NCBI GenBank assembly: GCA_963729045.1
Contig: CAVSMN010000010.1
Location: 1 to 64,000 of the forward strand
Reading direction: 5' to 3'
DNA from: an uncultured Nitrososphaeraceae archaeon
GTDB lineage: Archaea; Thermoproteota; Nitrososphaeria; Nitrososphaerales; Nitrososphaeraceae
Length of the DNA stretch: 64,000 nt
Translations under genes and position numbers: made by a program
In this document: one piece after another, positions 47,709 to 57,225 of the stretch
How the letters are laid out: every line of letters starts with the position of its first letter
Position numbering within the stretch: position 1 is the stretch's first letter
The notes under the pieces: model-generated
The model's input: the letters and a program-made list of their open reading frames with translations, nothing else
Database searches by the model: none
What the model was told of the DNA's origin: nothing

Positions 47709-48392
47709 ATGAGCTCAAATATTGATTGGACGGATGTCATCAAAAAGGAAGCCAGAGGCATTAATGATGCTGATTTTGGTGAGGTTCAAGAACTAACAAC
47801 TGAATTCGTCATAACTCAGAGAGGATTGATTGATGTAGAAGTATTTGGCATACCCAAAGAAAGGGCAGAAAGTTATGATGGAAGCGTATTGCGATTTAAT
47901 GTTTCTGAAGATGAAGCTTTCAGTAAATATCGAGAAGGCGGAGAAGATACCGCTGAAACACTTTCACAAGAAGAAGAGGTTTCAACTATAGACGAGATGG
48001 AAACTCAGTTACAATCCAACCAAGATAATGAAACAGAGGAATCAACTACGGTACCTCTCATGGAGGAAAGAGTAGATATTTCAAAAAGAATCGAGGAAGA
48101 CACTGCTACTATAACCAAAAAACCAATAACAGAAACCAAAACAATAGAAGTACCGATAACTCATGAAGAAATAGCAATTGAAAGAAGGAAACCTTCTGGA
48201 GAGCAAACTTATACCGAACAAAAACCAGTCACCTCTCAAGAAGAGATAGAAATACCAGTAAAGAAAGAAGAAATTGAAGTCAACAAAAGACCATATGTTA
48301 AAGAGGAATTGGTGGTAAAAAAGAAACCAGTAACTGAAACAAAAGAAATTACAGAAGAAGTGACATCTGAAATGATACCTACAGAAGATTAA
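47709..48392 (+). CDS. PRC-barrel-like plus YsnF/AvaK (DUF2382) domain protein
   Basis: IDWTDVIKKEARG..FGEVQE..IPK..YDG, then VPLMEERVDISKR..IEVPITHEEIAIERR..IPVKKEEIEVNKRPYVKEELVVKK. Confidence 0.85.
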   Translation: MSSNIDWTDVIKKEARGINDADFGEVQELTTEFVITQRGLIDVEVFGIPKERAESYDGSVLRFNVSEDEAFSKYREGGEDTAETLSQEEEVSTIDEMETQLQSNQDNETEESTTVPLMEERVDISKRIEEDTATITKKPITETKTIEVPITHEEIAIERRKPSGEQTYTEQKPVTSQEEIEIPVKKEEIEVNKRPYVKEELVVKKKPVTETKEITEEVTSEMIPTED

Positions 48393-48665
48393 AAATAATA
48401 CTATTCTTCTTGGTGGTAGAAATTAATTTATCTGGTTCTAATTTTATGAGTATTGAACATAGTTTTTTAACATCCTATATACACTTTAAGTTCCCACACC
48501 AGATAAATTTATTTTTTGTAAACTTTACTAGTTTGTGCAACATATGAAATAAAATTTTAGTTATTATGTATTAAGGCTATCTAGTATTTGAACATAGTAT
48601 CAAAGTATAAGTCAGAATATTATATCGCATAAAAGTCAAAAGTTATGGGGGTATTGTATTTCCGC

Positions 48666-49346
48666 CTATCTTGGAACTTTTACCTTGAACTGGCTTAATC
48701 TATCGTAGGTTGTATTTAGAACTACCTCTTGTCCATTGTAGGATTGAATTTCGTTTTTTGGTATACTAAATTCATCTTTAGCACCATCAGAAGTTATTAT
48801 TACATTTTCATCGTTTACTGCTGTAACAATGCCTACTGCTACAGAATCCCCTGTCCGTGCACCCTTTTTGAGAACAGAGTCCCAGTCTTGTATGCCCGCA
48901 TGAGGCCTGGTATACGATGCATCAGTTCCGACACTATCTATTTGTCTTTTCTCAATGAGAGGAATATACTTTTGAAGATCTCGCGAAGATTCTGATTGAT
49001 CGTATGTTTGTGTGTCGGGTTGTTCTGTTACGGATGCTGACTTGTACCTTGAATACTCACCCATCTGTGGTGGTTCATCTTTTTTGAAATTGTCTTCAGC
49101 TTCTTGTTCGGTTATATTAAACCAAAGAACTTCCCCATCATAACCTGCAACTAATACTTTAGGTAAATAAAATTTGTTTTTATTGAGTCGACCTCTTTCT
49201 GTTACAACAAATTCCTGTCCGATTTCTTGCACCTCACCTAAATCATCTCCTTTCTCATATCCTCTTGCTTCTTTTTTAATAATGTCTTTCCATTCTATGC
49301 TATTATCTTTCCAGTTAAAATTACTTGAATTAGTATTATTGTTCAT
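48666..49346 (-). CDS. Tandem PRC-barrel-like domain protein
   Basis: Two copies of W..(I/V)(I/L)KK.AR..G.V..V...(L/I)PK....Y(D/N)G. Confidence 0.75.
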   Translation of the reverse strand: MNNNTNSSNFNWKDNSIEWKDIIKKEARGYEKGDDLGEVQEIGQEFVVTERGRLNKNKFYLPKVLVAGYDGEVLWFNITEQEAEDNFKKDEPPQMGEYSRYKSASVTEQPDTQTYDQSESSRDLQKYIPLIEKRQIDSVGTDASYTRPHAGIQDWDSVLKKGARTGDSVAVGIVTAVNDENVIITSDGAKDEFSIPKNEIQSYNGQEVVLNTTYDRLSQFKVKVPR

Positions 49347-50322
49347 AATCTAAATTGATTAATAAAGTATTTAACAGCCAGTATTAGAATAATTTAGTTT
49401 ATCTGAAGATTAAACCAAAAGTTACAAATTTATTTTTCTGTTAAAAACAAAAAAAAGAACAACATACTATTAATATGCAACAACGGTTATGAATAAAAAC
49501 TAATATGTTGTCATCGGTTGCATTGCTATCAAAAGTCGTTTGCAATATACCCAGTGCTCATTCTATTACTGTTACGAACACATTCAAACATATCCACATC
49601 CCAGAGAAAAACTTGAGATTCCAAAATAGTCATTGTTGGATTTTTCTGAAAGATTTATTTAGAACAAACGTAGCGAATCAAAGAGAGAAACATTGTCAAA
49701 CTAATACATTAAGAATCAGCATGGTAAGACATTATTGTTAATAATAGTAAAAGTAACAGGTCTAGCTATCCTCTAGAATGGAGAATAAGCCTTGATGACA
49801 TCAATAACGCCGCCTAGTAGGCAGCACTTGACAGTAAAATTACCAATACAACCATACAAAATATCGAATTGGAAATCTTTCAATATTTTTACTCCTGTAA
49901 AATAATAATGATTGCTTTCTGATTGATATTTAACATTGACGTTGATTTTTCCACTATATCTTTTTGTATATTTTTGTTTGTTGTCTAGATGGAAAAGGAT
50001 CGCAAATATTATTTTGTACGTTAAGAATCCCGTTATTACCGTCAATGCGGAGTTAAGCACATAATTAGTGAAATACTGAGCAGAAAAGTGTGCAATAATT
50101 ATACTTGACAGAAACCCTATCGTACCCGAAAAAAGTAGATTTTTATTTAAAGATATCGTGTAGTATATTTCTGATAAGACTGTAGGAGGAATTCACTTAT
50201 TTTATGCATTATTGCCGTCACAGTAATATGTCTTGAATTGTTTAATATGTTATTTAACCATCAACAATATATTATTTCTAGGTATTAATGCAATAAATAA
50301 GAACAATTAATACTTAAATTTA

Positions 50323-50613
50323 TTATTGATTCTTTTGTTCGTTTGAAAACTCTTTCGCGGTATCTACAACAGTATCTTTAACTTCTAAAGCTTTTTGTTT
50401 AGCCTGGTCCAATATTCCATGTTTCTCATTACCGTAATTTTTAAGATCATTTTGCTTCTTTTGTACCTCATATTGTATGTATTTCATATCTTTGGAGTTA
50501 ACGAAAACCGGATATCTCTCAAATGTCGCTACCTCATTATTTTCTAGCCTGATCTCAATCTTACCTATTCCCTTTTTTATTTGGTCGGTATTTTCTTCTT
50601 TAATTTTGATCAA
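50323..50613 (-). CDS. Small protein with LEA-like C-terminal helix
   Basis: LDQAKQKALEVKDTVVDTAKE shares the (V/A)KD(T/K)VVDT motif with 36075 and 40369. Confidence 0.55.
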   Translation of the reverse strand: MIKIKEENTDQIKKGIGKIEIRLENNEVATFERYPVFVNSKDMKYIQYEVQKKQNDLKNYGNEKHGILDQAKQKALEVKDTVVDTAKEFSNEQKNQ

Positions 50614-51020
50614 TAATTTAGGTGTATATCACAGTTAATAAATATGATAAAAACAAGATGCGATATATAAAAGATGGACGGTATAATTTTTTGGGAAATA
50701 ATATAAATTCTTATCCATACAGATTGAGCATCACGATGTGTTGATAAATATGGATTCGATACTATTATGCTGGAGAATATTGAAATACCCTTTGTCATAA
50801 ACTAACTTTAAATTCTCATCAAAAATTAATACAGGGTATTTAATATGATACTTCACCTACTAACCACTAAATATGGTAATTAGTAAATACACTATCTTAC
50901 TTTTATTTAGGATTAAACAAGTGTTGCTTTAGTGTATTTAAGAAAAACAAGTACAAAAATCAACAGATAATACTCAGAGGTATGGTATACCATTATAAAT
51001 ATTAATAATATAAAGTACCT

Positions 51021-51770
51021 ATGAATAACGAGTCTATAGTCCCGCATGACAATAAAATTACACCTGTTAATGATAGTCCTCCTTCCATAGACACTAAATC
51101 CCAGCAGGAGGAACTAATTGTAGAAAAGATTCCAATCTATGAAGAAGAATTTGATATTTCTAAAGAGACTACAAAGACACAATTGTATTTAGAAAAAAGA
51201 TGGATAAAATCAACAAAAAAGATTGAAGTCCCCATCAATTATGAGGAGATGTTTATCAATGGAAAAGAATTTGACTCCTACAGCCACAATGAATTAGTCG
51301 AGATTTTTTCAAAGGTAAAGGAAAAAATTTCAGAAGTGTTTCATCCTAGCCAAACTGAAGGAGATGAAGAACTACCCGATAAGATAGTGAATAGAGATGA
51401 TCGCCATTATCCAAATGATCTGGACATAAAGATACACGAAAACGAGGAAACAATAAAAGCAAAAATGAGCCAGACCGATTATGAATCTAGTCAGAGTGAA
51501 AAAAGGCCACCACTACCCAATTCTGAAGCTAGTGTAAATAATAATCAGATTCAAGTTTCTGATAATAACAATAACAATAATGACTCTGAAGAAGAACAGG
51601 TTATTCCTATTTGGGGAGAACAAATAATAATAGATAAAAAAATGGTAAAGCTCGGCGAAATAGTTATTAAAAAATCTCGAATATCCGAAAAGCGCAAGGT
51701 AGGTGTAGAAGTCAGAAAGGAAAAAATTACTGTCAAATATCCTGATGGCAAGAATCAAGAAATTACCTAA
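51021..51770 (+). CDS. YsnF/AvaK (DUF2382) domain protein with acidic insertion
   Basis: IPIYEEEFDISK..IEVPINYEE and IPIWGEQIIIDKKMVKLGEIVIKK..VEVRKEKI. Confidence 0.8.
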   Translation: MNNESIVPHDNKITPVNDSPPSIDTKSQQEELIVEKIPIYEEEFDISKETTKTQLYLEKRWIKSTKKIEVPINYEEMFINGKEFDSYSHNELVEIFSKVKEKISEVFHPSQTEGDEELPDKIVNRDDRHYPNDLDIKIHENEETIKAKMSQTDYESSQSEKRPPLPNSEASVNNNQIQVSDNNNNNNDSEEEQVIPIWGEQIIIDKKMVKLGEIVIKKSRISEKRKVGVEVRKEKITVKYPDGKNQEIT

Positions 51771-51812
51771 TATTTAGAACATGAATATATAATATGTTAT
51801 ATAGAAAAATTT

Positions 51813-52590
51813 GTGACTACTAAGGATGAATTATTAAAATCTAAGAATATTAATCTCGACGACATCATAAAGAAAGAAGTCATAGGAATTGATGGGCTAG
51901 ATTTAGGAAAAGTAATAGAGATAGGGGAGACGTACGTTGTCACCCAAAGAGGTTTAATAGATAAGAAAAAATATCATCTCCCAATTTCATCGATAGAAAG
52001 TTTTGACGGAGAATTTTTGAATTTGAAGATTAATGAGACTGATTTAAAAAGTTATGAACAAACAGAGGATAATTTATTCGAAGGATATTCTTCTTTTAAA
52101 TCTTCAGACATGTCACATGAAGTACAGACAACTATTCCATTAATAGACGAGAAATTAGAAGTAACTAAAAAGACTATCGAAGAAAACATGCAAATAATAA
52201 AAGAACCCATAAAGGAAACGAAAATTGTAGAGATCGAGCTAATACACGATAAAGTTACAATAACGAAAAGACCATTCAAAGAAAATAATATTGCAAAGAA
52301 AATCGAATCCCACAGTCATAAATTAGAAAGTAATTCTTCAGATAGCCAGATAGACAAAAGAAGAAGAAGAAGAGGATATGAGGAACTATGATGACACTAC
52401 TGAAATAATTATGACACTTGAAAGAGAAGAACCCATTATAGTTAAAAGATCCCATGTCAAGGAAGAAGTGATAGTAAAGAAAGAAACTTTATTTGAAACA
52501 AAGACAATAACAGAAGAACTAATTCATGAACATATGAAATCTAGTGATATCGAACCTACAAGAGTAAAAGATAGGAATACATCAAATTAG
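51813..52590 (+). CDS. PRC-barrel-like plus YsnF/AvaK domain protein (frameshift at the GAA repeat ~52360)
   Basis: IIKKEVIGIDGLDLGKV..LP..SFDG, then IPLIDEKLEVTKK. The second ORF has LEREEPIIVKRSHVKEEVIVKK. Confidence 0.8.
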
Positions 52591-53214
52591 CCAACAACAG
52601 GATGCTACTGCATTTAAATCGTAGTTTGATAAGTCTAATGATAGAATATAGGCATTGTAGTCCGATATATTTTAGAACCTCTTCACATGGTAGAATTAAT
52701 CCGTATTTATTAAATCGGTCGTTATTTCATACTGCAAAGATATTATGGTTTTTCTTACATTATTGCATATTTCATTGATATAATATTATAGTCATCTTCA
52801 ATTTCCTTATTTCTCAAATACTATTTTGGTCATCATTTTAAAATAGTTTTTTGTCTATTTGCTCCATGTACTTTTCTTGTTTGTTAGAAGTATTGTCATT
52901 ATCCATATTAATTTAAAATCACAATAACTTTAATTATTCGCACAGCGTCGGATTTCATATGCATTGGGCATAGTATTCAAGCTGAATCTGCAAAATTCTT
53001 GATAAATGAGAATAGACTAAAATGAGATTTAAGGTCATCTAATGAAATAAAATCTAATATTTTAAACTTAAAAAAAGTCAAGACAAATAATTGTCCATAA
53101 TTGTCAAAAAAATAAATTTCAAAGTATCTAGATGGTTGTAAAATACAAGAATATAGATACGTGAAATTAGAATTTTATCAACCATATATAATTTGTTAAA
53201 TAAATACATTCAAT

Positions 53215-53973
53215 ATGTCATCTGAAAATGACAATGAAATTAATTGGAATGAAGTTGTAGGAAAAGAAGCACTCGGAGAGAATGGCTTAGACTTTGGTAC
53301 GATTAAAGATATATCGGATGACTATATCGTTACCGAAGTAGGTATGCTTAAAAAGAAAATATACCACCTACCAAAGAGTTCTGCAAAATACTTTAACGGA
53401 GTTTTCCTAAACTTCTCGCTAAATGAATCAGACCTTTCAACTTATGAACAAAAGATTGGAGAAGGTGCCTTTAATGAAGATTCTTTTTCCGGATTACAGG
53501 ATATGCCAGCAAAAAAAGAAATGTTAATTCCTTTGATCAGTGAAGATCTAAAAGTAACCAAGACAATTATTGAAGATAATATAAGAATTGTAAAAGAACC
53601 CATAAAGGAAACGAAAACTGTGAAAATTGAGTTGATGCATGAAAAAGTAACAATTGAAAGAAGAGATGTCAGCATGAATGACGATAGGCTTGACAAAGGA
53701 ACAAATATTAATTTAAATAATAGTAAGACCTCTAATCAAGGACCTAACCAGGAATCGGATAGCGAAGGTTCAATGTATTCAAAGACTGAATTTTTGATTC
53801 CAATCAAAAAAGAGGAACCATTAATTACAAAAAAATCATTTGTTAGAGAGGAATTAGTAATAAACAAAAAACCAATAACTGAAACTAAAACAATAGCAGA
53901 AGAAATAACTAAAGAAGAAGTTAAGTACGACAATCAAGTGATAGAAAAAACTAAAGATGGAATACCTCTATAG
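53215..53973 (+). CDS. PRC-barrel-like plus YsnF/AvaK domain protein
   Basis: INWNEVVGKEALGENGLDFGTI..LPK, then IPLISEDLKVTK..HEKVTIERR..IPIKKEE..VREELVINKK. Confidence 0.85.
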   Translation: MSSENDNEINWNEVVGKEALGENGLDFGTIKDISDDYIVTEVGMLKKKIYHLPKSSAKYFNGVFLNFSLNESDLSTYEQKIGEGAFNEDSFSGLQDMPAKKEMLIPLISEDLKVTKTIIEDNIRIVKEPIKETKTVKIELMHEKVTIERRDVSMNDDRLDKGTNINLNNSKTSNQGPNQESDSEGSMYSKTEFLIPIKKEEPLITKKSFVREELVINKKPITETKTIAEEITKEEVKYDNQVIEKTKDGIPL

Positions 53974-54313
53974 CATAAATATTATTTTGTTTTGTTAATT
54001 AGAATCATTTCTTATACACAACATTGATTATCAAGTATTTGAATTGTCTCTATTACTATAGCCAAAGGACCTTTAGAGGATCTTTTTTAATTGATGAGGT
54101 TTGACATAAATCTCTAAAAATGTGAGAAATTTCGATATTATTTGGTATCGAAATGGCTTGTTCTCTTATATCAATGATTCCCTTAAGATTTTATTACTAA
54201 ATTCGAGTCTCTCATCATAGATAATATAATGAATCTGACTGTGCTCTTGTCTTGTGAAAAAATAATAAACTATGTATTGATTATTTATGCTATGTTATAC
54301 ATATCATTTTACA

Positions 54314-54535
54314 ATGTCTGAAAATCAGGACAATGAAAAGACCGAAAATCGTGGGGAAAAACTTCTTGACGTTACCAATGAGTATAATGAAAATGAAAGA
54401 CCTCAAGATGAATCTGAGAGCGTTTTAGACGAAGCGGTAGATAAAGTAAAAGCAGGAACGAAAGCAGTCATCAACAAGGTTAAGGATTCTGAAAAAGACC
54501 TTGGTGCTGAATATAACAAAGAAAAGACAATTTAG
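54314..54535 (+). CDS. Small hydrophilic LEA-like protein
   Basis: MSENQDNE..VLDEAVDKVKAGTKAVINKVKD. The second ATG (54314) is preferred over 54287. Confidence 0.6.
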   Translation: MSENQDNEKTENRGEKLLDVTNEYNENERPQDESESVLDEAVDKVKAGTKAVINKVKDSEKDLGAEYNKEKTI

Positions 54536-54816
54536 ACCCACATATAGGAAACAATATAGATAAGGTCAGGATTTGCCAAAGATATCCTCTTTTCTTTTGA
54601 AAGTAATTGTTACTATATTAATAAAATATAACAAAAAAAATAATCAAACCGCATAAAGATTTTTCAAAGGCACAAAGTCATTTAAATAAAAATAGACTTT
54701 ACGTCGAGACTCAGATGTATGATATTCAGTCGTGACCTAATTAACTACCTTATGTATTGAGTTATAATATAACACAATAAGGAAGAGAGTTGTTTGCATA
54801 TCAGGTAGTCATAGGT

Positions 54817-55025
54817 TTATGCAGTTATCAAATCAAGACTTACACTTCTTCCTGATATTCTATATCTGCTTTTCTTCTCTGATGTGAGGCAATACTTTTT
54901 TGCAAAATGGGTATACAAAATAAATTCATTAGGACTAGTGTTAAGAAAGTAAATCTGATTGAAACCGCTTCTAAAGTATTCTTCAAGTGGTTTTATCAAA
55001 TCTTTTACTGATGTTACTATTAGAG
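54817..55025 (-). pseudogene. C-terminal remnant of an F420-dependent LLM-class oxidoreductase
   Basis: VTSVKDLIKPLEEYFRSGFNQIYFLNTSPNE resembles the C-terminus of LLM-class enzymes. Confidence 0.45.
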
Positions 55026-55029
55026 TAGA

Positions 55030-55218
55030 CTATTTTAGCGGTTTGTCCTCACTATGTAAATTCACGTATTCTATTATAACTTTCAAATTATTGATTATAT
55101 GATTTTCAAATAACCCTTCTTCTCGCATGTAATCATAAAAATCATTAATAACAGAGGCATTATCTTTACTATTTAGTAGATCAATCTTTTTTAAAAGAGT
55201 AGAAATCTTAATGGACAT
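55030..55218 (-). pseudogene. Integrase N-terminal remnant adjacent to the tRNA 3' end
   Basis: NASVINDFYDYMRE..ENHIINNLKVIIEY is a SAM-like N-domain. It starts ~160 nt downstream of the tRNA and is truncated. Confidence 0.65.
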
Positions 55219-55378
55219 TACCTTTTCAGACTCTTCCAGTTTGAAAATATCTTATAAGTGAGTATCTAAAACACAAGTAGCTCTTGTAAATTCGAAAGAT
55301 ATATTAGGGTTCATTAACTTCCTTCCTTCAATTTATATTTTGCATAACAAGTATATGAATTCCCATTCCTATACATTA

Positions 55379-55504
55379 TGCGGTCACCGGGATTTGAATT
55401 CCCGCCACGTCTTTATTAAAAGACATAGTCCCGGGTTACGGGCTTTCTCCATATGAAATTATATATGGAAGGCCAGTGTCCTAACCAAACTAGACGATGA
55501 CCGC
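55379..55504 (-). tRNA. tRNA-Gly(TCC) with two introns (21 nt at 37/38; 31 nt at 53/54)
   Basis: Exons GCGGTCATCGTCTAGTTTGGTTAGGACACTGGCCTTCCA + AGCCCGTAACCCGGG + TTCAAATCCCGGTGACCGCA (74 nt) form a cloverleaf. Both introns fold as BHB-type motifs. A GAAAAG-TTTAATA promoter lies upstream. Confidence 0.93.
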
Positions 55505-55589
55505 AACACAAATTCTTTATTTTATTCTGATATTAAACTTTTCCAATATCATCATATCCGGCTAAAGAAAAGTTAATATTGATAATTTC

Positions 55590-56114
55590 TTACTTCCTTT
55601 TATTAGAAAAAATATAGTTTAGGAGGGTGTCTATTGCTTTATTGGTTAATTTATGCTTATAATAGTTGGATCCTTTTTTTGGTTCCTCAGTTAGTTTATC
55701 TTTTTGTATAACCTCATATGGTCTATGATCTAGTGCACCCTCAAAATGAACTTTGAATTTCTTGAGTTTTGAAACCACAATTGAATCAAAAACTTCCTTT
55801 TGCCAAACTGACCCTATAAAATAAATGGTTGGTGGGTTTGTAAGACTAGTCATTTTAAAGAGAACGTTATTGATAACAGCTTCAATAGTTTTAGAATTAT
55901 TATCATTTTCTATATATTGCTCAGAAATACCGCCAGCTAGCAAGCGATCGGTAATAACTCGGGTATATTCATTTTTTGATATCAAAATTACAGAGGTGTT
56001 AAACTTGTCAGGTTTAGATTTCATTATGATATTGAATGTTTGGATGCATAATGCAATTCTTCCAGTGACAAAATCAGGAAGTGATTCATAGACTGTATTA
56101 TTGGCAGACTTCAT
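55590..56114 (-). CDS. Hypothetical protein (possible YdcF/DUF218-like)
   Basis: Intact 174 aa, with the segment LLAGGISEQYIENDNNSKT. Confidence 0.6.
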   Translation of the reverse strand: MKSANNTVYESLPDFVTGRIALCIQTFNIIMKSKPDKFNTSVILISKNEYTRVITDRLLAGGISEQYIENDNNSKTIEAVINNVLFKMTSLTNPPTIYFIGSVWQKEVFDSIVVSKLKKFKVHFEGALDHRPYEVIQKDKLTEEPKKGSNYYKHKLTNKAIDTLLNYIFSNKRK

Positions 56115-56272
56115 CGCCTATTTCACTATTTGGGAGGCCATCCCGATTAAAATTACAATATAATAGTATCAGATTACCGTAAGTAAAAGCATTATCAGAC
56201 AATTTGATAATATGATACATACTTACAAATTTATAGATAACGAAAATCAAAAATATGAGATTAAGTTGATCT

Positions 56273-57046
56273 TTATTTTACTAATTGGTATTTAGATCGA
56301 TACCCCCTCGGATTTATCATCATATCATCATAATTATACGAAGATGAATTTCCTATAATAATCGTAGTTATCATGCCCATCATATCAGGATATTCTAACA
56401 TTTTGTCTAAATTAGTAAGAACAATTGACTGACTGTCTCTAAACGCACCTTTTACTATTGCAACTGGAGTTTCGGGGCTCCTGTGTTTTAGAAAAATATT
56501 TCGTGCATCCTTAAGTTGGTGAATTCGTTTTTTACTAGATGGATTATACACAACAGTAACGAAGTCTCCTAGAGCAGCAGCTTCAACTCGTTTAACGATA
56601 ATTTCCCACGGTACCAGGAGGTCACTCATGCTCACAACTGCAAAATCGGTCATCAATGGGGATCCAATAAGTGCGCTGCATGAATTCAGAGACGAGACTC
56701 CAGGTACACATTCAACATCAATTCCTTTGCCTTTTTTCCATCCCTTTTCAGCAAGGATTTCATATATCAAACCTACCATTCCATATATTCCAGGATCTCC
56801 TGATGAAACTAGCGATACGATGCCCCCTTTTTCAGCGAAATCTATGGCTTGATTAGCCCGATCTACTTCCTGAGTCATCGGATATCTGTAGACTTCTTTA
56901 CCGTTAATGAGATCTTCTACTAAGGATACATAGGTTTCATAACCCACGATGATTTGGCTTTCTTCAATTACCTGTTTAGCGCGAAAGGTCATATGATCAT
57001 GATGGCCTGGCCCTACTCCCACAACATATAATTTTCCTGAACTCAT
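56273..57046 (-). CDS. cobJ: Precorrin-3B C17-methyltransferase (CobJ/CbiH)
   Basis: LYVVGVGPG, VSSGDPGIYGM, SMSDLLVPW, YNPSSKKR and PRGY. Confidence 0.93.
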   Translation of the reverse strand: MSSGKLYVVGVGPGHHDHMTFRAKQVIEESQIIVGYETYVSLVEDLINGKEVYRYPMTQEVDRANQAIDFAEKGGIVSLVSSGDPGIYGMVGLIYEILAEKGWKKGKGIDVECVPGVSSLNSCSALIGSPLMTDFAVVSMSDLLVPWEIIVKRVEAAALGDFVTVVYNPSSKKRIHQLKDARNIFLKHRSPETPVAIVKGAFRDSQSIVLTNLDKMLEYPDMMGMITTIIIGNSSSYNYDDMMINPRGYRSKYQLVK

Positions 57047-57225
57047 TACAAGATATTAATCGTCTGCATTCATTTATTTACTTTCTTTTCTTCAAATTAA
57101 TTGAGCATATCTTTGAATCATATGAAGATTAATGAGATAATTTAATTACATCTATTTGGAAGAATGAAATAATTAAATTCGAATACCCTAATCTGTCAAA
57201 TATGTTGCCAATACGATAAAATAAA

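Larger units (their letters stand above)
35404..55378. mobile_element. Degraded integrative island (~20 kb) at tRNA-Gly
   Basis: Bounded by the tRNA 3' end and its degenerate copy. Integrase remnants lie at both ends, coding density is low, and there are no housekeeping genes. Confidence 0.6.

Noticed and set aside
49505..50060. Two short ORFs between PRC genes
   Set aside because: No motif or promoter support; likely spurious.
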